A stretch of 64,000 bases of DNA from an uncultured Eubacterium sp. GTDB taxonomy: Bacteria > Bacillota > Clostridia > Lachnospirales > Lachnospiraceae. The notes below the pieces were generated by a model. The model saw nothing but the letters and a program-made list of their open reading frames with translations. It did not search any database and was not told the origin of the DNA. The stretch spans positions 6,634-70,633 of the forward strand of contig CAKRKO010000002.1 in the NCBI GenBank assembly GCA_934358495.1. The letters run 5' to 3'. Below, in pieces: positions 27,481-36,612 of this stretch (positions are counted from its first letter, which is position 1; the number at the start of each line of letters is the position of its first letter). Made by a program: the position numbers and the translations under genes.

Positions 27481-30282
27481 TTATTTTACCTGTCCGTTAA
27501 CGATCTGATACGTTTTTCCGTTGGATGTAATTGTCGCATTATGAGAAAAATCAACTTTTCCATCTTTCAGATACCACCAGCCATTCTGGTTTGATGCAAT
27601 TCCCGTAAAGTTGAAATCAACCTTTCCATTTGTAATTTTCCACCAGCCATTGCTGTTTTTGGCTACCGTATTATCGTAGCTCACTTTGCTTCCAACAACA
27701 TGCCACCATGCAGTCTCACCATCTACAGTTCCTTTGATAACATCATTTTTCTGGAACGTTACCTTTCCACCTTCCAGATACCACCAGCCATTGCTGTTCT
27801 GTGCAAAGCCCTGATAGGAGAAATCTACTTTTCCATCTTTGATATACCACCAGCCATTACTGTTTTTGGCTACTGTCGTATCCTTTGTCACTTTACTATC
27901 AACCACATGCCACCATGCATTGACTCCGTCTAAAGAAGCTTTGATCACATCGTTTCGCGCATAAGTAATCTGACCATTTTCTGCATAAAGATAGTCTTTC
28001 CCATTTTTCACAAATCCATTATAGGAAAAATCTACTTTTCCACCTTTCAGATACCAGGTTCCATTCTTATTTGATGCAATTCCATTAAATCCGAAATTCA
28101 CCTGTCCATTTTCGATTTTCCACCAGCCATTGCTGTTTTTCTCCACACCATTATGAGAGAAATCTACCATTCCATTGTTGATATACCACCAGCCGTTACT
28201 ATTTTTTGCTACCGTCGTATCAAAGGTTACTTTGCTGTTCACTACATGCCACCAGCCATTGGTTCCTTTAACAATTCCTTTTATGACGTCGTTCTTTGTA
28301 AATGTAACCTTACCATTTTCAATGTACCACCAACCGTTTTCATTGCTGGCAAATCCATTATAGGTAAAATCAACTTTTCCGCCTTTCAGATACCACCAGC
28401 CATTCTGGTTCTTGGCAACACCTTCATAGTTAAAGTTTACTTTACCGTTCTCCACACGCCACCATCCGTTGGCATTTTTGTCAACTCCGGTATGATTATA
28501 GTCAATCACATCATTTACGTAATAGTACCAGTTTCCGTCTGCCGCTTTGATCACACCATTCAGTTTCTTGTCAATCACATCATTGTTATTGCTTCCATCT
28601 CCATAATTTACAACCGTTATGTAAGATGCACTTGTATATGCATACATATCTGTAAAATCATAAACACCTGTGCTGCTGTTGATTGCTGTTCGTCCACTTT
28701 TTAATACGCCATCGCTCTGAACCTTATAAAAACCATTCGATACATTTGTTCCATCTTTCAATAAGAACGCTACACCATATAAATTTGCTGCATAATATAG
28801 TCTCGCAGAAGAAGTCGTATTTCCATTCCGCACATTCAGATTCATGGACGGTGTCTTATTCACACAACTGATCGGATCTTTGATACCGATCGTGTACCGG
28901 TACTCATCTCTGGATGACAATTTCTGCCCCAGATAGTAAGCATAGTTTGCCGCCTTTTCTCCCCAGTATGGATCTGACGCATACTGTACATTGATACCAC
29001 TTGCCTTATTTCCAAGGTAAGCACCACGATAATTTCCTTTATTGAAATTATTTGGGTTCAGATATCTTTTTGACATATAGGTCTCTGCAAAATCCTTAAT
29101 ACATGTCGATACATTTGCATACTGATTTGCACTCTGTGACGGAGATGCGTCCACTGCATTTAGTCCAAACAGATTATTTTTGTTTTTTGCAATACTGCTG
29201 TCTCCCCAACTGCTTTCATTTGCGGCAATCGCAGCCATTAATAACGCATTCACACCATATGTATTTTGATCATTTACAAAATCACTGCCCAGATCCTTCA
29301 TCTTGGATGTCGATGTAAGCTTAGCATTAATGGTTGTATTCAATTCATCTGCGGTATAGCAGGTTGTACTGCGCAACGGAAGAAACTGATAATAATTGTA
29401 ATATGGCATATTCGGATTTACAGAATGTGCTCTGCTGTCACTGGCATAATCAGAAACCATTGTCGCATAATTTGTATAAAAATAATGTCCGTCGTAACTA
29501 AGATAATTTGTTCCTGCAGACAAATAGGATGGTGCCTTACCATTATTCAGTTTTGCTATATAACTTGTGCCAGATAGATTTCTGGTAATCCTGTGATACA
29601 AAGTTCCTTTTTCTACATAATAATAGCTATAACTTTTTGCACTCTCAAGTGGAATCCGTGTTACTGCACTGCTGCTGACCTTTCCGATCACACCGGCCAT
29701 CATAAATATGTAATTACTGCCCGTTGTACCAAGATAGGCCGCATCTGCGCCATAATAGCCGTTAATATATCCGCTTTTTCCTGTATTGTATTCTGTATAA
29801 GATACATAGGTAGAAGAACTATTGGATTTATTAAAGTTAATCAGATACTGACCAGACAAACTTTTCTCTTCCACTTCCAGGTCCTGCACGGCAACCTCGG
29901 CATCCTGATTTTCCTGTGTTGCGATATCCTGTGTGTTGGTTTCGGATTCCGCAGTTGATGGAATTATTTCCGGATCCTCATTTGAAATATCTGTTTTTTC
30001 TTCATCCACAACAATATCTTCCGTACTGCTGACATCCGGATTTTCCATCTCAGACTTAGAAACACCTTCTATATCTGAAGAATCTGCTTCAACCTTTGTA
30101 CCGTTATTCTGATCTGTTTCAGGCACATCTGCATTGTTTTCCGGCTGACTCACTTCCTGATCAGCCTCTGTCAGCACCACACTTCCATTATCTGCCTGTG
30201 CTGCCAGACAAGGTGTCGCAAACATTACAACACTCAGAAACAATGAAAGAATAACCGCTGTTACCTTATTCTTTTTTTTCAT
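27481..30282 (-). CDS. Secreted peptidoglycan N-acetylglucosaminidase (LytB/LytD-like) with a C-terminal cell-wall-binding repeat array
   Basis: 933 aa. Signal peptide ...[11 protein letters not shown], an acidic linker, and a glucosaminidase block [32 protein letters not shown]...YASDPYWG. Followed by ~18 repeats of the GWW(Y/K/H)-x-NGKV-F type. Confidence 0.85.
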   Translation of the reverse strand: MKKKNKVTAVILSLFLSVVMFATPCLAAQADNGSVVLTEADQEVSQPENNADVPETDQNNGTKVEADSSDIEGVSKSEMENPDVSSTEDIVVDEEKTDISNEDPEIIPSTAESETNTQDIATQENQDAEVAVQDLEVEEKSLSGQYLINFNKSNSSSTYVSYTEYNTGKSGYINGYYGADAAYLGTTGSNYIFMMAGVIGKVSSSAVTRIPLESAKSYSYYYVEKGTLYHRITRNLSGTSYIAKLNNGKAPSYLSAGTNYLSYDGHYFYTNYATMVSDYASDSRAHSVNPNMPYYNYYQFLPLRSTTCYTADELNTTINAKLTSTSKMKDLGSDFVNDQNTYGVNALLMAAIAANESSWGDSSIAKNKNNLFGLNAVDASPSQSANQYANVSTCIKDFAETYMSKRYLNPNNFNKGNYRGAYLGNKASGINVQYASDPYWGEKAANYAYYLGQKLSSRDEYRYTIGIKDPISCVNKTPSMNLNVRNGNTTSSARLYYAANLYGVAFLLKDGTNVSNGFYKVQSDGVLKSGRTAINSSTGVYDFTDMYAYTSASYITVVNYGDGSNNNDVIDKKLNGVIKAADGNWYYYVNDVIDYNHTGVDKNANGWWRVENGKVNFNYEGVAKNQNGWWYLKGGKVDFTYNGFASNENGWWYIENGKVTFTKNDVIKGIVKGTNGWWHVVNSKVTFDTTVAKNSNGWWYINNGMVDFSHNGVEKNSNGWWKIENGQVNFGFNGIASNKNGTWYLKGGKVDFSYNGFVKNGKDYLYAENGQITYARNDVIKASLDGVNAWWHVVDSKVTKDTTVAKNSNGWWYIKDGKVDFSYQGFAQNSNGWWYLEGGKVTFQKNDVIKGTVDGETAWWHVVGSKVSYDNTVAKNSNGWWKITNGKVDFNFTGIASNQNGWWYLKDGKVDFSHNATITSNGKTYQIVNGQVK
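27484..28560 (-). repeat. Coding tandem array of ~20-aa cell-wall-binding (CW_binding_1-like) repeats
   Basis: Periodic NGWWY(L/I)xxGKVDFxYxG(F/I)Axx units. The DNA periodicity of ~60 bp also creates long antisense ORFs. Confidence 0.85.
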
Positions 30283-30308
30283 AAGTATCCCTCTTTTAAT
30301 GCGCTTTA

Positions 30309-32705
30309 TTATTTGTTAACTTTGCCATTTTTTACAGTATAGTTTTTTTCGTCTGCTGTCACAGTTCCATTGTAACCAAAGTTTACTTTGCCGCCTTCCA
30401 GATACCACCAGCCATTCTGGTTATGCGCAATACCGTTATATGTGAAATCTACCAGTCCATCTTTGATGTACCACCAGCCATTGCTGTTTTTCGCTACCGT
30501 CGTATCTTTCGTCAATTTACTTCCAACTACATGCCACCAACCGTAAACACCATCTGCATTTCCTTTGATGACATCATTCTTGCGAAATGTCACTTTGCCG
30601 CCTTCCAGATACCACCAACCATTACTGTTCTCTGCAAAGCCATAAAATCCAAAGTTTACTTTTCCATTTTCAACGCGCCACCAGCCGTTACTATTTTTCT
30701 CAACGCCACTGTGTGTAAAATCTACCATTCCATCTTTGATATACCACCAGCCATTTCCGTTTTTCGCTACGGTCGTATCAAATGTCACTTTACTTCCGAT
30801 TACATGCCACCAGCCATCCGTTCCATTCACAGTACCTTTGATGACATCGATTTTCTTGAAGGTTACCTTTCCTCCTTCCAGGTACCACCAGCCGTTGCTG
30901 TTCTCTGCAAATCCGTTGTAGCCAAAATCTACTTTCCCGTCTTTGATATACCACCAGCCATTACTGTTTTTTGCTACGGTTGTGTCTTTTGTCACCTTGC
31001 TTCCTACTACATGCCACCATGCAGTCTCTCCGTTTACAGCATCTTTGATCACATCCTCTTTATTATATGTAATCTGGCCATTCTCTACATACCACCAGTC
31101 AGCTCCATCACTGGCAAAGCCATTGTATCCAAAGTCTACTTTTCCTCCGGTCAGATACCAGGTCCCGTTTTCATTACTTGCTATTCCCTGGAAGTTAAAG
31201 TTTACTTTTCCATTTTCGATACGCCACCAACCATTGCTATTTTTCGCTACTGTTGTATCTCTGGTCACTTTTCCACCAACGACGTACCACCAGCCGGATT
31301 CCCCATTTACAGTTCCTTGAATAACATCTGTCCTGTCATATTTTACCTGACCACCTTCAATATACCACCAGTCTTCTCCCACATGGGTGAAACCTGTATA
31401 GTCAAAATCTACTTTTCCATTTTTCAAATACCAGGTTCCGTTCTGATTACTTGCTATTCCATAGAAATCAAAATTTGCCTTTCCATTCTCAATCCGAATC
31501 CAGCCTTTACTTGTTTTCGCTACACCTGTGTATGTCTCGTCTCTCTTTCCATTTACGGTGTAGTACCAGTCTCCGGTCTCCGAATCTTCCACAATATCCG
31601 TCTTATTATTGTTATTTTCTTCATATAAATAATCAAGATCCACACAAGTGCTGATACCACCTATTTTGGCTCTGCTGCTACACTGCCAGATATCTATTTT
31701 TCCACCATAGAATTTTCCTTTTTCTGAATCTGTGTAAGAATGGGTATTAAAACGTGCCATCCACACCCCATACTTCTGTCCGAGTGCATCGGTATCCAGA
31801 TCATGTTCCAGCCAGCTTGAACTGGAATATACCATGGCCTGATATCCTGCTGCTGTCACCTTATTACAAAATGCCGTTACATTTTCAGTTTTCTGCACTT
31901 TTGACAGATTTGCATTATTCAGACGTTCCAGGGAGTTTCCATTCTTATCCGTATTTCCGGCATACTCATAATCAATTACTACTGGAAGATCAATCTGATA
32001 ATCTTTGATATGATTTAATGTCCACTCAGCTTCTTCTTCTGCTTCCTGCACATTAATTGCCTGTGAAAAGAAATAAACACCAACTTTTATTCCTGCAGCT
32101 TTTGCGCCTTCAATATAAGTTTTAAACTTATTGTCTCCCCTAGTTGCAATTGTTCCACCGGAAAATCCTCTGTATCCGACCCTGATCATGGCATAATCCA
32201 CACCAGATGCTTTTACTTTTTTCCAGTCGATATTTCCATTATGATAAGACACATCAATTCCTGCTACAATACTTTTTCCATTGGTATTTGCCGGATTATG
32301 TGTATAGGTATTCGTCTTTGAGCCTGTAATACTTCCATTACTGTCTAACGTATAATTTTCCCAGGTTGTAGTTACACCTCTGCTGCTTCTAGCTAAATTT
32401 ACATTATCCAAAGAGAATAATGCAATATTATTGTCATCCACGGCAGATTCTTCTGTATTATCTTCATCCCCATACTGCTGCATGTATGCTCTTGCATTTC
32501 CAGGATCATCCGCATCCCAGTCATCCGGATATTTATCTGTACTTACAGTCTTGGCTGACTGTTCTTCCTCATCCTGTGTTGCTACCGTTTTTTCCACTGT
32601 GCTAACTGTATTTCCCGTAGTAATCACAGACCGCGCATACGCAGGAACTCCACTTACTGACATCGTCAAAGAAGCAATCAGACACATTACTGCAATTCTT
32701 TTCAT
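30309..32705 (-). CDS. Secreted GH25 muramidase (lysozyme) with a C-terminal cell-wall-binding repeat array
   Basis: 798 aa. Signal peptide ...SGVPAYA, then the GH25 block [33 protein letters not shown]...GVYFFSQA...VVIDYEY. Followed by ~21 GWW-type repeats. Only 26 nt from the downstream glucosaminidase gene. Confidence 0.88.
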   Translation of the reverse strand: MKRIAVMCLIASLTMSVSGVPAYARSVITTGNTVSTVEKTVATQDEEEQSAKTVSTDKYPDDWDADDPGNARAYMQQYGDEDNTEESAVDDNNIALFSLDNVNLARSSRGVTTTWENYTLDSNGSITGSKTNTYTHNPANTNGKSIVAGIDVSYHNGNIDWKKVKASGVDYAMIRVGYRGFSGGTIATRGDNKFKTYIEGAKAAGIKVGVYFFSQAINVQEAEEEAEWTLNHIKDYQIDLPVVIDYEYAGNTDKNGNSLERLNNANLSKVQKTENVTAFCNKVTAAGYQAMVYSSSSWLEHDLDTDALGQKYGVWMARFNTHSYTDSEKGKFYGGKIDIWQCSSRAKIGGISTCVDLDYLYEENNNNKTDIVEDSETGDWYYTVNGKRDETYTGVAKTSKGWIRIENGKANFDFYGIASNQNGTWYLKNGKVDFDYTGFTHVGEDWWYIEGGQVKYDRTDVIQGTVNGESGWWYVVGGKVTRDTTVAKNSNGWWRIENGKVNFNFQGIASNENGTWYLTGGKVDFGYNGFASDGADWWYVENGQITYNKEDVIKDAVNGETAWWHVVGSKVTKDTTVAKNSNGWWYIKDGKVDFGYNGFAENSNGWWYLEGGKVTFKKIDVIKGTVNGTDGWWHVIGSKVTFDTTVAKNGNGWWYIKDGMVDFTHSGVEKNSNGWWRVENGKVNFGFYGFAENSNGWWYLEGGKVTFRKNDVIKGNADGVYGWWHVVGSKLTKDTTVAKNSNGWWYIKDGLVDFTYNGIAHNQNGWWYLEGGKVNFGYNGTVTADEKNYTVKNGKVNK
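30312..31592 (-). repeat. Coding tandem array of cell-wall-binding repeats
   Basis: Same repeat family as 27484..28560. A 401-aa antisense ORF (30423..31628) is a by-product. Confidence 0.85.
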
Positions 32706-32785
32706 TTGTAAACCTCATCTTTCTAAAAACAACTATATACTTTTTTAGTATAACTCAATACATAAACCGGAACAAGCTAAATATA

Positions 32786-33832
32786 TCATTTTCTCTTGTG
32801 AAAAGCTCTCATCTTGAATTTATTAATAACTTTTAAATAAAGTAATGCCACAACACATCCACAAAGCGAAGTAATAATAAAACTATCTAATCCGTATGTT
32901 TTTTCTCCATAAAGAACTTTATAGTAGATACTCCATATATACATATGAATCAAATACATAATCGTACTCATCTTTCTTAATTTATGATATACAGGATGAT
33001 CCATTAATTTCCAATTTAAAATTATTCCAAAAAAACTTACTGTCGTCAAAATCAATAAATATGACCTCAAAAAATAATTCTTTAAAATGCAATTTAGAAA
33101 AAAACTACTTATCATAATTAAAATATTCATATTATAGGATATTTTTTTGAAATTGAAGCACATACCTATAGGAATAAATATCATTCCTCTGAATATACGC
33201 CCGTTATAAACTGTATGTGCAATTATATTTTGCACTATTTCAACACTATATTTACTGCTTTCAATTCCTGCAATCCAGCTTATTCCAATTGAAATAACAG
33301 AAAAAATTATACTCACTATCAAGAAACTATTTTTTGAAGCATTCAATTTTAACAATAATATTACTATGCACAATGTATATACTGTTGATAGCAAATACCA
33401 TAACGGCCAAGCATTATATTGTTCTCCAGTAAAAAATATCCCTTGTAAATATGTTGACATAGCTTTTTTAAGAGAAATGTTCTTATCAAAAACATGATAA
33501 ATTGTTAACGGGGTATATAATACCATCCAAATAAAATACATTTTCAGTATTTTTCCTATATAATGTCCTAATATAGATATATCTGATGCTTTGTTCGAAA
33601 ATGACATTCTCTCTGAAAGTAAAAAACCGGTTGTCAAAAAGAAAAATGGTACTGCCATGTTAACAATATTATTATATACAATTTGAACTATATCATTTTT
33701 ACAATCAACCAACGGATTCGTATGTATTGCAACTACAGCAAAAGCCATAATGAATTTTATCAAGTCAATGTTATTATATTGCAACCGTTCAGTGCTAATC
33801 AGCTCACCTGTACTCATACTTAACCTTTCCAT
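32786..33832 (-). CDS. Membrane acyltransferase family 3 (polysaccharide/peptidoglycan O-acetyltransferase type)
   Basis: Multi-TM protein with the N-terminal AT3 hallmark NNIDLIKFIMAFAVVAIHTNP. The start is uncertain (the track ORF at 33952 overlaps the upstream gene; internal ATGs at 33832 and 33817). The segment is conspicuously AT-rich. Confidence 0.75.
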   Translation of the reverse strand: MERLSMSTGELISTERLQYNNIDLIKFIMAFAVVAIHTNPLVDCKNDIVQIVYNNIVNMAVPFFFLTTGFLLSERMSFSNKASDISILGHYIGKILKMYFIWMVLYTPLTIYHVFDKNISLKKAMSTYLQGIFFTGEQYNAWPLWYLLSTVYTLCIVILLLKLNASKNSFLIVSIIFSVISIGISWIAGIESSKYSVEIVQNIIAHTVYNGRIFRGMIFIPIGMCFNFKKISYNMNILIMISSFFLNCILKNYFLRSYLLILTTVSFFGIILNWKLMDHPVYHKLRKMSTIMYLIHMYIWSIYYKVLYGEKTYGLDSFIITSLCGCVVALLYLKVINKFKMRAFHKRK

Positions 33833-33936
33833 AAAAAATACTCCAACTATCATTTCTGTAGCTGGAGCATTTTTCACTTTGCATATTACTTTAAAATCAG
33901 CATATTTGGCTCTGGATAATCCACATTCTTTCACTA

Positions 33937-36462
33937 TTACATTCTTATCCAACCGTTTGAAACCCAGTAATTATGACCATGATACCATACATTTCCGTTA
34001 TATCCGAAATCTACTTTTCCTCCTCGGATATACCACCAACCATTACTGTTTTTTGCAATTCCATAATATCCAAAATTTACTTTTCCATTCTGAATATACC
34101 ACCAGCCAAGATCATTTTTCTCTACACTGTTGCAGCTAAAGTCTACTTTTCCATTGACGATTCGCCACCAACCATTGCTGTTTTTCGCTACTCCAGTATA
34201 TGTAAAGTCTACTTTTCCTCCTCGAATATACCACCAGCCAAGTTCATTCTTTTCTACACTGTTGCAGCCAAAGTCTACTTTTCCATTGACGATTCGCCAC
34301 CAGCCATTACTGTTTTTTGCTGCTCCAGTATAGGAAAAATCTACTTTTCCTCCTCGAATATACCACCAGCCAAGTTCATTCTTTTCTACACTGTTGCAGT
34401 TGAAGTCTACTTTTCCATTGGCAATCCGCCACCAGCCGTTGCTGTTTTTCTCAACAGAATCTACAAACTGAACCTGACTGTCTTTTACAAACCACCAGCC
34501 TTCTTCTCCATTTACAGTGCCTTTGATAACATCCTTTTTCTGGAAAGAAACTCTGCCATTTTCAATATACCACCAGCTTCCCTCATTCTGTACAAAACCG
34601 GTATAGGAAAAATCTGCTTTTCCATTTCTCACATAAATCCACTGATTATTATCTTTATACAATCCCGTATAAGAAGTTCCTAATTCTGCTGAATAGTCCC
34701 ATTCATCCAAAACAGTTACAGAAAGAGTAATCGTCTTACCCCCTGCAATCGCACTGATAGTTGCACCGGTGCCTTTCTGAAGTCCTTTCAATGTACCTGT
34801 TTCCGGATCATAGGAAATATTTCCAGTTGTACGATAGGTTATATTTTTTGCACCATATACCGGAGTTGTCACTCCTACCAGAGTTGTTGTATGATTTTGT
34901 CTCACATAAACCTGTGTTACACTTTTTCCATTTACATCTCTCCAGTCAACTGTTACATCTCCCTGGCCATGCTTTTGCATCATCTGATACATACCATCTG
35001 CAGCCATAATTCCATTTTCATTATGCCCAATCTGAGAATAGTGAATATCATAATGAACATCGGTGATCCTTGTCGGGACTTTACTGAATCCATAGCGAAT
35101 CGGATAATCAAATTTACCATTATATTTTGAAAAATACTGACGTACACCGGCATCACTTACCCATGCTTCGTTATCATTTGTCACTACATATACGTTATTT
35201 AATTTTGACGATGTACTTCCACCAATTCCATACTGCGCTGCTCGCGGTCCGGTCATAACCAGCTCATCCTCGGTCTCTTTCGATCCGACAGAAGCGCGAA
35301 GCATAATAATCCCACACTTTTCAATGGTTAACTGCTTTGTAATGTCACTGTACATAGTATAAAAATCGTCATAATAATCGGAAGCACTTCGATATCTGTC
35401 CGCAGTTTCGCCCTGAAGCCAATACATCAGTCGATGACCTTCTGTATAATGTCCGGATGCGATTTCTGCTTCATATACTTTCTGCGCCAGTTTGCTGAGT
35501 GTTATTGCTCTCTCATATACACTCTGTCCCGGAATCCAGCTTGCAATTGCAGTATCACTCCAGGCTACATTTACTGTCCATACTTTTTCGCCTGTCAGTC
35601 TGTTCCATTCATAAGCCAATGCACTATCTGGACCAGTCTTACCTTCCCCTTCTGAAGTCAACGTATTTAATGGATATTCCAGTGTTTTTCCTGACAAAGA
35701 ACTGGCACTGTTCATTGAGCCAGCTATAAAATCTGCTGCATTTTCAGAATTACAAGTCTCTGAAAAATTAATACCTGAAATATTCTTTGACCAGCTCCAT
35801 ACAGTTGGTGCATAGGTTGAATACACGGTTCCAATTTCACAGGCTACAGACTTATTCAGCTGATATCCGGTATTAGCGGAACACATTCCTTCCATGTTGC
35901 TCTGTCCCATCAAATACATGATCGTCAGTGGTGCTGCTTCCACAGTCACATGAACATAAATTTTATCGTATGCTGCCTCACTATTTTCTTCCTTTGGAAC
36001 CAAAACCAGAAGTGCTGTACCAACGCCACTTGCCCTCACATTACTGTCATCTGTCTGAGTAAGTACTTCATCTGATTCCTGCTCCTGTACTTCTCCCGTT
36101 TTCACTGGATGTGATTTGCTCTCTAAATTTGTTACATGATCAATTTTATAGTCATTATATTCTTCATGATCTTTATCCTTATAAATAGAATATCTGTCAT
36201 CATATGACAACATTACCGGTTGCTCCTGCACTCTAATATTCTTGCCCAATAATTGTTCAGATATCACATTGTCCTGTTCTACTGCTGCTTGTTCAGACAC
36301 ATCCTTTTCATCCACATCACTCGAGTCTTCCATTTCTGTCTTTGTCGCATCTGTAATATCTGATGTATCAGCTAAATCTGTTGCATACACAGTACCTGTT
36401 GTCATTGTCAAAATCATAAGACCGCAGAGTAATGCAGAAATTCGTCTTTTCCAATTTTTCAT
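33937..36462 (-). CDS. Secreted carbohydrate O-acetylesterase-like enzyme (GQSNM / SASA-DUF303 type) with Ig-like domain and cell-wall-binding repeats
   Basis: 841 aa. Signal peptide ...TGTVYA, then the catalytic blocks MYLMGQSNMEGM and YWLQGETAD typical of sialate-O-acetylesterase-like SGNH esterases. An Ig-like segment (ITYRTTGNISYDPETGTLKGLQKGTGATISA) follows, then ~11-12 GWW repeats. Confidence 0.7.
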   Translation of the reverse strand: MKNWKRRISALLCGLMILTMTTGTVYATDLADTSDITDATKTEMEDSSDVDEKDVSEQAAVEQDNVISEQLLGKNIRVQEQPVMLSYDDRYSIYKDKDHEEYNDYKIDHVTNLESKSHPVKTGEVQEQESDEVLTQTDDSNVRASGVGTALLVLVPKEENSEAAYDKIYVHVTVEAAPLTIMYLMGQSNMEGMCSANTGYQLNKSVACEIGTVYSTYAPTVWSWSKNISGINFSETCNSENAADFIAGSMNSASSLSGKTLEYPLNTLTSEGEGKTGPDSALAYEWNRLTGEKVWTVNVAWSDTAIASWIPGQSVYERAITLSKLAQKVYEAEIASGHYTEGHRLMYWLQGETADRYRSASDYYDDFYTMYSDITKQLTIEKCGIIMLRASVGSKETEDELVMTGPRAAQYGIGGSTSSKLNNVYVVTNDNEAWVSDAGVRQYFSKYNGKFDYPIRYGFSKVPTRITDVHYDIHYSQIGHNENGIMAADGMYQMMQKHGQGDVTVDWRDVNGKSVTQVYVRQNHTTTLVGVTTPVYGAKNITYRTTGNISYDPETGTLKGLQKGTGATISAIAGGKTITLSVTVLDEWDYSAELGTSYTGLYKDNNQWIYVRNGKADFSYTGFVQNEGSWWYIENGRVSFQKKDVIKGTVNGEEGWWFVKDSQVQFVDSVEKNSNGWWRIANGKVDFNCNSVEKNELGWWYIRGGKVDFSYTGAAKNSNGWWRIVNGKVDFGCNSVEKNELGWWYIRGGKVDFTYTGVAKNSNGWWRIVNGKVDFSCNSVEKNDLGWWYIQNGKVNFGYYGIAKNSNGWWYIRGGKVDFGYNGNVWYHGHNYWVSNGWIRM
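33940..34690 (-). repeat. Coding array of cell-wall-binding repeats with a 132-bp higher-order period
   Basis: TCTACACTGTTGCAG recurs at 34121, 34253 and 34385 (132-bp spacing). The units encode [42 protein letters not shown]. Confidence 0.85.
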
Positions 36463-36553
36463 TTCTTCACTTCTTGCCTTTCCTATTCATCTACTGTATT
36501 AAGTTTAAACTAATTTTTTATTATAACTCATATTTTTTTTATATTCAAGAGTA

Positions 36554-36596
36554 CAAAAAATATGGATTTTAGATTTTCTATATCTAAAATCCACAT
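36554..36596 (-). terminator. Rho-independent terminator after the L,D-transpeptidase gene
   Basis: Minus strand: TGTGGATTTTAGAT-ATAGAAA-ATCTAAAATCCATA followed by TTTTTTG, ~20 nt after the stop. Confidence 0.8.
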
Positions 36597-36612
36597 TTTC
36601 TTCTTACATTTT

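Noticed and set aside
30423-31628. Long plus-strand ORFs antisense to the repeat arrays, with a striking recurring (D/N)(I/V)PPA(I/V) motif: 30423..31628 (401 aa), 33973..34683 (236 aa), 28153..28704 (183 aa), 37627..37929 and several 60-125-aa ones.
   Set aside because: - They are the reverse-complement reading of the periodic GWW(Y)xxNG codons (CCACCA read as W-W on the sense strand), so stop-free antisense frames are an automatic by-product.
- They have no SD and no independent domain.
- The sense frames carry signal peptides and catalytic domains.
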